Shown piece by piece: positions 57,004 through 64,000 of a stretch of DNA of 64,000 nt (position 1 is its first letter; the number at the start of each line of letters is the position of its first letter). A model generated the notes under the pieces. The model was not told the DNA's origin. It ran no database searches and saw only the letters and a program-made list of their open reading frames with translations. The stretch is from contig JAQBRG010000003.1 of NCBI GenBank assembly GCA_028286615.1, positions 83,330-147,329 of the forward strand, in the 5' to 3' direction. The position numbers and the translations under genes are program-made. The DNA is from Parcubacteria group bacterium (GTDB lineage Bacteria > Patescibacteriota > Minisyncoccia > Phycocordibacterales > Phycocordibacteraceae).

Positions 57004-57369
57004 TTAGCAGCAGCTGTTGAGATAAGCTGCCAGTATAAGAACATTGCTAACGGAAGACAGACCTGCTCTGGCAGCACTCGCGCTTAAAGACATGGAGCTA
57101 TTTCTACTTTCCTCATAGAATAGCTTCTGGATAGCTTCGGCGAGTCTGCTTTGTTGGTCAGGCGCCATATGTGCTGAAGCATTAACTAGGTCGGCAAGCG
57201 TCTGAAATACAGTGACTGAAAAATGAGACTCGCCAGTGATGTCTGCATTATTCTGAATTTTCTCTTTGTGAACCTGAACCTGTTCTCTGAGCCAGTCTTT
57301 TGCACGGCGGTGATTAGAAATATCTGCTTCGCTCACGTCTCTCTCCCACTTGAATGAACCTAGACACAC
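57004..57369 (-). CDS. Hypothetical protein (121 aa)
   Basis: ORF downstream of parB. Confidence 0.4.
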   Translation of the reverse strand: MCLGSFKWERDVSEADISNHRRAKDWLREQVQVHKEKIQNNADITGESHFSVTVFQTLADLVNASAHMAPDQQSRLAEAIQKLFYEESRNSSMSLSASAARAGLSSVSNVLILAAYLNSCC

Positions 57370-57392
57370 CTTAGGCTAGCGAATTAGGAGTG

Positions 57393-58457
57393 TCAAACAA
57401 CGAAGTTTCGTATTGAATAGAGTTCGTCGTCTTCGGGCGTAGGCTGTACTTCTGCAACTGGAGCTGCAGGTGCTTCTACAGGAAGCTGTGTGGTATTCGG
57501 GTATTCCTCAACAAGACTTTCAGGAGGAGTCTCAATATTTGCCTCAGGAGCAAAGGCTTCTTCGCTTGCCATACGTGCCTCTTCGCGAGCAGCAAGAATG
57601 TCTGCAATGTGTGCCAGATCTTCTGGAGAGAAGAACTCGATAAGAACACGGCCTCCGTTGGGACGGTTCTCAATTAATACACGGGTACCAAGTGTTTCTG
57701 TAAGACTCTTCTCGAGTTCCATCATCTCAGGAGTCTTGTCATGCTTGCGAATCTTGTCTTGCGCTATACGTCGAGCAAGTTGTTCAACAACACGCACTGA
57801 AGTCTTCTTGAGAACAATTTCCTTAAAGAGAGTATCTCGTTCTAGAGGCCTATCTGTAAGCATGAGAAGAGCTCGCGCATGTCCCTCGGTTATTTCCTTA
57901 TCAACAACTGCCTGCTGAATTGACTCAGGGAGCATGAGGAGACGGATGGAGTTAGAGACGTACTCACGACTTCGTCCAACTTTAGCTCCAATCTCTGAGT
58001 GCGAGAGGCCGAATGCTTCCATAAGCTGCGCGAGTGCTTTGGCGCGATCTATAGCATTAAGATCTTCTCGCTGAAGGTTCTCGATTATAGCGAGCTCAAG
58101 CTTCATTTTGTCAGACTGCTCACCTGCACGAATAACAACCGGCACTTCCTTAAGACCAATAAGGCGAGAAGCACGAAGACGTCGCTCTCCTGCTATAAGC
58201 TCATAGACGCTTTGGAGACCACCGTCAGGCTTCTGTACATCTGTACGCGTAACAACGAGTGGCTGGAGCACACCGTACTGTCGAATAGATTCAGCGAGTG
58301 CTTTGAGACGCTCTTCGTCGAACTCGCGGCGAGGTTGGTACGGGTTTGGTTCAATACGGTTAACCTCAACCCAGAAAATAGAATCGTACCGCGTTGGTTC
58401 GTGGTAGTTGCTCATGCCCTTCGTTTCGCTCATTGAAGGTATTGTAGCATCGAGCAT
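57393..58457 (-). CDS. parB: ParB/Spo0J partition protein
   Basis: ParB box ...GERRLRASRLIGL..; HTH; 354 aa. Confidence 0.85.
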   Translation of the reverse strand: MLDATIPSMSETKGMSNYHEPTRYDSIFWVEVNRIEPNPYQPRREFDEERLKALAESIRQYGVLQPLVVTRTDVQKPDGGLQSVYELIAGERRLRASRLIGLKEVPVVIRAGEQSDKMKLELAIIENLQREDLNAIDRAKALAQLMEAFGLSHSEIGAKVGRSREYVSNSIRLLMLPESIQQAVVDKEITEGHARALLMLTDRPLERDTLFKEIVLKKTSVRVVEQLARRIAQDKIRKHDKTPEMMELEKSLTETLGTRVLIENRPNGGRVLIEFFSPEDLAHIADILAAREEARMASEEAFAPEANIETPPESLVEEYPNTTQLPVEAPAAPVAEVQPTPEDDELYSIRNFVV

Positions 58458-58500
58458 TTACTTTGCGAGAGACTCAGGTGTGAAGTAGGATACTTCTATT

Positions 58501-58582
58501 GCCGGAGTGGCGGAGTTGGTATACGCGGAGGATTCAAAACCCTCTTCTTCACGGATCGTGGGTTCGAGTCCCACCTCCGGCA
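58501..58582 (+). tRNA. tRNA-Leu (anticodon CAA), long variable arm
   Basis: GCCGGAG...loop TTCAAAA...GTGGG-TTCGAGT-CCCAC-CTCCGGC-A; 82 nt. Confidence 0.8.
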
Positions 58583-58647
58583 CTTGCATTTTATAGATAA
58601 GGTGCTATAGTATATTTGTTCGTAACCACTGACAAAAGGGGAGCTAC

Positions 58648-58812
58648 ATGGATCTCGCTGGTAACATCGGGATTTCGGTTTTGGGCTTGTGCGCTTGCGC
58701 ACTGCTCGCCATGGGATACGTGCATACGGGCGTCCTGACGCACTTGAGCTGCGTCGGACCTCCCATCCGTCCTCATCGCCGAGGGCGGCCAAGAAAATAC
58801 AATTACGCCTAA
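58648..58812 (+). CDS. Candidate 54-aa GC-rich micro-protein (MDLAGNIGISVLGLCACALLAMGYVHTGVLTHLSCVGPPIRPHRRGRPRKYNYA)
   Basis: AAAGGGGAG then ATG; about 60% GC; terminator-like hairpin after. Confidence 0.3.
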   Translation: MDLAGNIGISVLGLCACALLAMGYVHTGVLTHLSCVGPPIRPHRRGRPRKYNYA

Positions 58813-58927
58813 AAAGGGCGATTCCTCGCAGTATGCGAGAAGAGCCGATCGGAGAAATCTGGTCGGCTTTTTATTTTGCACACACTTAACATCTTTGCTA
58901 CTGTCCTTTCAGAGCGGAGAACGAACA

Positions 58928-59641
58928 ATGGCATTTTCAAGAAGCGAGATGATGGCCGACGGGCCAATCAAAGATATTCTGCCCAAACTATCAAAAGCAG
59001 GTGTGGCGCAATGGAAAAATACACCTGTCCTACTCAAGTCACGAGTGGAGTCACATGTCTATGTATCTGGACGTGAGGAACTAACTGAGGAAGTGGAGGT
59101 GCTGCTTGAGTTGTGCGAGTTAATTGGCAAGCAAACTCAAGCTTATACGAAAGAGTTGCCTGTTAGCCGTGGAGGTCGGAAAATATGTTACATAGGTCTT
59201 CCAACTGCCGGCACTGCACTAGCCATGGGTGCTGCCGTATATAACATCAATACTCCTTTCATGATGAACTCGTGCTTTCGTATCATGCGAGAGGTACGTA
59301 AGGGGCATGGGGCACATAATTTCTGGGTCAATGGCAAACCCGATAATGGAGACTATGTGTATGTAACCGTGGACAATGTGATAACAACGGGTACGTCTAT
59401 CCTTGAAGGAATCGAAAGACTGCGCGAAGACGGGTACGCTGTAGAGGATGTGCTGCACATAGTTGTCATAGATCGACAACAAGGGGGATTGGAAAGCCTT
59501 GTAGCACGCGGAATTAAAGTTGAGGCGTTATTCAATCTACTCGACCTGGTATGGGCTTTCGGAGAACTGAACCTTTGGCCTAAAGATCGCGTTAAAGCGG
59601 TTGAAATAGAAATTGAAGCCCACAAGTCGCGTGATCTTTAA
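58928..59641 (+). CDS. Type I phosphoribosyltransferase (orotate-PRTase-like). The track ORF starts at 58895.
   Basis: PRPP-binding motif VYVTVDNVITTGTS. Confidence 0.65.
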   Translation: MAFSRSEMMADGPIKDILPKLSKAGVAQWKNTPVLLKSRVESHVYVSGREELTEEVEVLLELCELIGKQTQAYTKELPVSRGGRKICYIGLPTAGTALAMGAAVYNINTPFMMNSCFRIMREVRKGHGAHNFWVNGKPDNGDYVYVTVDNVITTGTSILEGIERLREDGYAVEDVLHIVVIDRQQGGLESLVARGIKVEALFNLLDLVWAFGELNLWPKDRVKAVEIEIEAHKSRDL

Positions 59642-59689
59642 GCAAAGCCGGCGCCCCTCACGGAGCGCCGGCCTTTCTTTTACACAAAC

Positions 59690-60364
59690 TTAAATCTTCC
59701 CAACCAAATCCATTCCCGGCTCTAGCGTATCGTCTCCTGGCTCCCAAGAAGCAGGACATACTTTGCCTTGGTTCTTCTCAACAAACTGTGCTGCCTGAAG
59801 CTTTCGGAACGTCTCTTTCGCTGAGCGTCCGATGTTGTTGTCATGTATCTCCATAGTGCGAAGTACGCCATTTGGATCAACAAGGAAGGTACCACGAAGA
59901 GCAAGACCTTCGTCAGCTGCGAGAGTTAGATCTCCTCCTTCTATAAGCACGCCGAATGCATCGGATACTTTGCCTGAAGGATCTGCACCCATGGGGTATT
60001 CAATCTTCTTAATGGCTTCAGAGGTGTCGTGCCATGCCTTGTGTACGAACACCGTATCGGTTGAGAACGAGAGTACCTCAGCTCCTGCCTCTTTGATTTT
60101 TGGATAGAGCTTTGCCATGTCCTCAAGTTCGGTTGGGCACACGAATGTGAAGTCTGCCGGATAGAACATAACGATAAGCCATTTGCCACGGAAGTCAGAG
60201 AACTTCATGGTCTTAACCTCGTCGTTCTGGAAGGCTTCGAACTCGTAGTCTGGGATAGTCTCTCCCACACGTACAGAGCTCATATATTCCCCGTATGGAT
60301 CATGGAAATCTCCACAGTACTCACAATAGTTGCTTTTTTGTTCCTTATGCATAAGTTCGCTCAA
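59690..60364 (-). CDS. Peroxiredoxin (AhpC/Prx1-type 2-Cys)
   Basis: FTFVCPTEL peroxidatic-Cys motif. Confidence 0.85.
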   Translation of the reverse strand: MSELMHKEQKSNYCEYCGDFHDPYGEYMSSVRVGETIPDYEFEAFQNDEVKTMKFSDFRGKWLIVMFYPADFTFVCPTELEDMAKLYPKIKEAGAEVLSFSTDTVFVHKAWHDTSEAIKKIEYPMGADPSGKVSDAFGVLIEGGDLTLAADEGLALRGTFLVDPNGVLRTMEIHDNNIGRSAKETFRKLQAAQFVEKNQGKVCPASWEPGDDTLEPGMDLVGKI

Positions 60365-60419
60365 TTAGTCTTTACAGTTACCTTTAAAAGTATGATAGCA
60401 TTCTGGCCACTAGGCAGCC

Positions 60420-61265
60420 ATGTCCGACGACCCCTCCCCCAAACCTCACATAATTGCTGTTGTAGGCCCTACGGCTTCCGGCAAGTCAGCTCGAGCAATT
60501 CAGTTAGCACAGGAACGTAACGGCGAAGTTATATCCGTAGACTCTCGTCAGGTGTACCGCATGCTCGACATCGGTACCGAGAAAACAACCCCGGAAGAAA
60601 TGCAGGGTATTCCCCATTACCTCATAGACATACGCGACCCGAAAGAAACGTATGGAGCTGGAGACTTTGTAGAGGATGCTACAAAACTAATTGAAGACAT
60701 CACTGCTCGCGGAAAGACTCCCATACTCGCGGGCGGCACGCATTTCTATTTCGAAGCGCTCCTGTACGGACTTCCAGCTGAGATGCCCGCCAATCCAGAG
60801 CTCCGCAAGACATTAGAAGCTAGGAGTACTGAAGAACTAATGAGCGAGATACGTACGCGAGATCCACGACGCGCTGCTCGCATAGATCCTCAAAACAAGC
60901 GCCGCTTGGTTCGTGCGCTTGAGATTATTGAAACCAAAGGGTTCGTACCTGAGCGCGATACCCTAACACCTCTATACGATGTTGAATGGGTGATTATTAA
61001 TCCAGAACGAGACGAGCTTCGTTCACGTATACATACCCGTCTAGAACAGGCTCTTTCTCGAGGACTTATAGAAGAAGTGCGAAAGGTTAGAGAATACGTA
61101 GGAGACGACAGACTCAACGAGCTTGGTCTTGAGTATCGAATTGTTGGAGAATTCCTCCGGGGAGAACGCTCTGAAGAATCATTACTACCTTCCCTCTCCT
61201 CACGTGTATGGCATTACGCACGGCATCAGAAGGCGTGGCTTCGCAAACTCGGACAGACTACTTAG
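60420..61265 (+). CDS. miaA: tRNA dimethylallyltransferase
   Basis: P-loop VGPTASGKS...; ...DSRQVYR.LDIGT.K... motifs. Confidence 0.85.
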   Translation: MSDDPSPKPHIIAVVGPTASGKSARAIQLAQERNGEVISVDSRQVYRMLDIGTEKTTPEEMQGIPHYLIDIRDPKETYGAGDFVEDATKLIEDITARGKTPILAGGTHFYFEALLYGLPAEMPANPELRKTLEARSTEELMSEIRTRDPRRAARIDPQNKRRLVRALEIIETKGFVPERDTLTPLYDVEWVIINPERDELRSRIHTRLEQALSRGLIEEVRKVREYVGDDRLNELGLEYRIVGEFLRGERSEESLLPSLSSRVWHYARHQKAWLRKLGQTT

Positions 61266-62206
61266 TTACAGCCACAGGAAGCACCAATACTTACATGGAG
61301 ATGGGTTCCTTCGAATCCCGTGTATGTTGCGCCACATGCTTTTGCTGCAGCTGCTAGAACATTGCTATTCTGGTCATCACCAAAGTCTGCTGCGTAAGAA
61401 CTTCCCACACAGGTCTTTCCTCCATAGTGACAAGAGTTAGCGGTATGGGCGCAACCTGCACCCTGTCCCCCTGCGGCGCACTGTGCAAAGGTCTTGGAAC
61501 CACTAACGATCTTACTATCTGATATTGATGAAATCTGTCCTACGTTTGCGGGTACACGGTTTGCTATACATGAAAGAAGTGCATTGAGTTTTGCTGATGC
61601 CTGGCCCTTTTGAGCTTCAATACCTTTTTGGTAGGTAAACACGCCGTCTGCGCCAGCTGCAGGTGCTGTAGTTGGTGTTGGTGTTGTCGGAGTGCCGCCG
61701 CTAGCAGGATTTGCTACGGGATTTAATGTTGGGTTTTGGAAGTTTCCTGCGAGTCCTCCACTAAAGAGTGCTGTATTTGTGGATGCTTTCACGCACGCGT
61801 CTCCACCCGTGAGGATACTGTTCCAGGGACCAAACTCTGCACTCGTTCCATCCTCTCCTACGTACAGTTTCTTCATAACGAAATCAACAACAAGCCATGC
61901 AGACAAGAAGACAAGGAGTCCAACCATTGTATTCATAAGAATCTTGTTCGCCTTTCCCCTGCTTTCAGGATTCGCACCAGATGTCATGTAAAGCGCACCT
62001 GCCCACACCAACATAAGTGTTGCTATAACTCCTATGATCCCCATGAAGAAGTTAATCAGGTTTTGCAGCAATTTAAGAACACTTCCCATGCCTAGAGGTG
62101 CTCCGTCTGCACAAACAGGCACCAGCCCTGTTGCTTCCTGCGCATACGCAAGTACAGGTAGCGTAAAGAGTGCAAGTAAAGCAAGAGTAATTAGAAATCG
62201 TCTCAT
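61262..62206 (-). CDS. Secreted protein with a TrbC/VirB2-pilin-like N-terminal domain fused to a zinc D-Ala-D-Ala-carboxypeptidase (M15)-like domain
   Basis: Signal peptide; 2-TM pilin-like block ...MGIIGVIATLMLVWAGALYMTSG...LLVFLSAWLVVDFV; C-terminal SCHYGG...AADFG and THLHVS (H...D...HxH zinc triad). Confidence 0.55.
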   Translation of the reverse strand: MRRFLITLALLALFTLPVLAYAQEATGLVPVCADGAPLGMGSVLKLLQNLINFFMGIIGVIATLMLVWAGALYMTSGANPESRGKANKILMNTMVGLLVFLSAWLVVDFVMKKLYVGEDGTSAEFGPWNSILTGGDACVKASTNTALFSGGLAGNFQNPTLNPVANPASGGTPTTPTPTTAPAAGADGVFTYQKGIEAQKGQASAKLNALLSCIANRVPANVGQISSISDSKIVSGSKTFAQCAAGGQGAGCAHTANSCHYGGKTCVGSSYAADFGDDQNSNVLAAAAKACGATYTGFEGTHLHVSIGASCGCN

Positions 62207-62210
62207 GGGG

Positions 62211-62753
62211 TTATGGAAGATTTACGCTTCCTTCGCAGAACGAGAGTCCTAAGTTGTCATACTCCGAATACAATTCGTTCACATCTGCCTGCACCACAAC
62301 CGAGGTATTAAGCGCACACAATTGCGCATCAGTTAGCTTAAGTAGAGTACGCATGTAAGTTTCAGCATCGCTTCTAGCGTCACGAAGCGGCTCTGAGATT
62401 AGTGTTATGAGAAATTCTGAATCGTTCTCTCCGTACTGCACTGAGAAGGTAAATCCTTGTGTGCTGTATTCAGGACCATACAACTGGTAGTAGACCCCAT
62501 TGGGAGTTTGAAGAGGTTCTTTAGACTCGGTGAAGTCAGGCACAGAAACAACTTGCCCTGAACGGTCGTGAATCGCCTTCTGCTTTGTTGTCCCGCCCGT
62601 ACCTGATGTAACCAAGCCGCCAAAAGGATCGTTGTTTGTAACAACTGGAGCTACGGACTCCTTCTTGAAGAGGGTTATGCCTACCCATATCAAAATACCT
62701 ATAGCAAGGACGACGAGCACTACTGCAGCGAGAATAATTAGGTGACGCTTCAT
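62211..62753 (-). CDS. Hypothetical secreted or anchored protein (start at the internal MKRHLIILAAVV)
   Basis: N-terminal TM then soluble domain; the track ORF extends to 62840. Confidence 0.4.
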   Translation of the reverse strand: MKRHLIILAAVVLVVLAIGILIWVGITLFKKESVAPVVTNNDPFGGLVTSGTGGTTKQKAIHDRSGQVVSVPDFTESKEPLQTPNGVYYQLYGPEYSTQGFTFSVQYGENDSEFLITLISEPLRDARSDAETYMRTLLKLTDAQLCALNTSVVVQADVNELYSEYDNLGLSFCEGSVNLP

Positions 62754-63811
62754 AGGAATGATGATACCGCACCCATAAGTCGGGATCGTAGGTTTTCCGA
62801 AGCAAGTCCGCAATCTTTCGCCGTAGACCATTCCCTCCATCCTGTTCGTTTATACGTAGCGACGGCCTCAGCAATGTTCTTTTCTGCATCTTTAGCTGCA
62901 GAGACGCATTGTGCATACAGTGCTTCGTTCTTCACACGAGCTGTATAGTTCTTACCTGAAAATGCTGCAGGGCAATTCAATCCCGCAACCTCGTGATAGG
63001 TAAGATTTATTTGAAAGAGTCCAAATGAGAAGGCTCGCTTCTGGGGGTCGTTACGCATGTAATCTGACGTGCTGACATTTATAATATTGCCTTTGCTTTC
63101 TTTGTAACAAATTTGCGAGGCTTGATTTGCTGCTGTACCGAAGTATGGAGCAAGCGCGGATGCTGAGCAGTTACCGGTATTCTTAACCGTACACGATCCT
63201 CCGGCACTTGAACTGCTCGTGGTACTTCCTCCCCTTGGTTTGGCTCCTCCGCCTGTTACAGCAATGCCTCCCTGTCCTGGTGCGCTGACTCCATTGTAAA
63301 GCGGTTGATTTGTACTTGCCACGATACAGTAGTCTCCTCCTGTAAGAACGGCGTTCCATGGACCAAAGGTTTTGCTCTCTCCGTCCTGTCCTACATAGAG
63401 CGTAGTCATAACGAAGTCCACGATAAGCCACGCAGCGAGCACTATGATGAATCCAATAATTGCATTTGAGATCATGCTCTTGGCCTTGCTCTTGTTCTCA
63501 GGATTTGTTGGCGAGAGCATGAGAATTGCTCCTGCATAGGCAATGGTGAGCGTAATAACAAGGAGCCCTACGGACACACTTGCGTTCATGAGGTTCTGGA
63601 CGAGTTGTAAGAAGCCAGCGAATCCAAGTGGCGCGTTTGCAAGACAGTCTGGATCCAGAGCATTAGCATCCGGCACAATCTGGAAGTCTGGGTTAAGTAT
63701 GGGGAGATTTAAATCTGCTGCATGTGCAGACACAGGAAGTGTGGCTACGAAAGCCACAAGTAGTAAAAGAAGGAGCGCCCGAAACCGGTACATGGCTGTA
63801 TTGTAACGCAC
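62750..63811 (-). CDS. Secreted protein with a TrbC/VirB2-pilin-like N-terminal domain fused to a lysozyme-like (SLT lytic transglycosylase) domain
   Basis: Signal peptide; pilin-like 2-TM block ...VSVGLLVITLTIAYAGAILMLSP...IIGFIIVLAAWLIVDFV; C-terminal YKESKGN...SFGLFQIN (E-S...GLxQ motif). Confidence 0.55.
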   Translation of the reverse strand: MRYNTAMYRFRALLLLLLVAFVATLPVSAHAADLNLPILNPDFQIVPDANALDPDCLANAPLGFAGFLQLVQNLMNASVSVGLLVITLTIAYAGAILMLSPTNPENKSKAKSMISNAIIGFIIVLAAWLIVDFVMTTLYVGQDGESKTFGPWNAVLTGGDYCIVASTNQPLYNGVSAPGQGGIAVTGGGAKPRGGSTTSSSSAGGSCTVKNTGNCSASALAPYFGTAANQASQICYKESKGNIINVSTSDYMRNDPQKRAFSFGLFQINLTYHEVAGLNCPAAFSGKNYTARVKNEALYAQCVSAAKDAEKNIAEAVATYKRTGWREWSTAKDCGLASENLRSRLMGAVSSFL

Positions 63812-63871
63812 CTAGTTAGTCTATATACGCTCTTTGCCCACACTCTAAGGTTCTGTTATCGTAGCGCTATA

Positions 63872-63942
63872 GGGCCTGTAGTTAAATGGTATAACTTCGG
63901 ATTCCAAACCCGACGTCCTAGGTTCGATTCCTAGTGGGCCCG
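63872..63942 (+). tRNA. tRNA-Trp (anticodon CCA)
   Basis: GGGCCTG-TA-GTTA-AATGGTA-TAAC...loop TTCCAAA...CTAGG-TTCGATT-CCTAG-TGGGCCC-G. Confidence 0.8.
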
Positions 63943-64000
63943 CATCTACATAAAGCAGAAGGCGCTGGAATTTCCAACGCCTTAAGCACTACGCCACAGA

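Noticed and set aside
58496-58792. 98-aa minus-strand ORF
   Set aside because: It runs antisense through tRNA-Leu(CAA).

Overview
This 64-kb window is about 48% GC, densely coding and mostly minus-strand. It looks like a reduced-genome, CPR/Patescibacteria-like (possibly Saccharibacteria-like) bacterium. All calls rest on reading the sequence and the supplied ORF translations; no database searches were run. Coordinates I derived by hand (tRNAs, repeats, terminators, small ORFs, intein borders) may be off by a few nt.

Core genes present:
- DNA repair and metabolism: ddl, uvrC, uvrA, an intein-containing uvrB, a histidine phosphatase, tgt, and a small RelA/SpoT enzyme.
- Translation and tRNA: class I lysyl-tRNA synthetase, serS, dus, miaA, RsuA-type pseudouridine synthase, and an ABC-F ATPase.
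- Replication, segregation and division: dnaX, topA, parB, an FtsQ-like protein.
- Others: MGMT, peroxiredoxin, an ECF sigma/anti-sigma pair, a histidine kinase plus stand-alone receiver, FKBP, a matrixin-like protease.
- Four tRNAs: Ala-TGC, Gln-TTG, Leu-CAA, Trp-CCA.

Most interesting signal: a ~5.6-kb cassette-like array at ~40.19–45.79 kb.
- About 11 copies of a ~30-bp repeat (consensus TTGCTGGCAGTCTGGGACGATGTTGGAACC, plus a second variant AGTGCTGCGGGnnnTGArCGrGGTTAGAAC), all in the same orientation, sit in every intergenic gap.
- The genes between them are small, functionally unrelated and in mixed orientation: a DgkA-like kinase, two HAD hydrolases, Nudix, YbaK-like deacylase, several 33–100-aa ORFs.
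- Each gene has its own promoter and, in several cases, its own terminator.
- The array ends beside tRNA-Gln. This resembles an integron or superintegron gene-cassette array (or another repeat-punctuated cassette island), but no integrase is visible in the window.

Other notable features:
- A 524-aa LAGLIDADG/HTH intein inserted in the UvrB P-loop.
- Two sharply GC-rich (60–65%) islets and several GC-rich micro-genes, suggesting transfer from a high-GC donor.
- The N-terminus of an SpvB/FG-GAP (TcC/Rhs-like) secreted toxin at the window's left edge.
- A VirB4-like ATPase followed by a 740-aa low-complexity membrane protein.
- Two VirB2/TrbC-pilin-like proteins fused to M15-peptidase and SLT-lysozyme domains.
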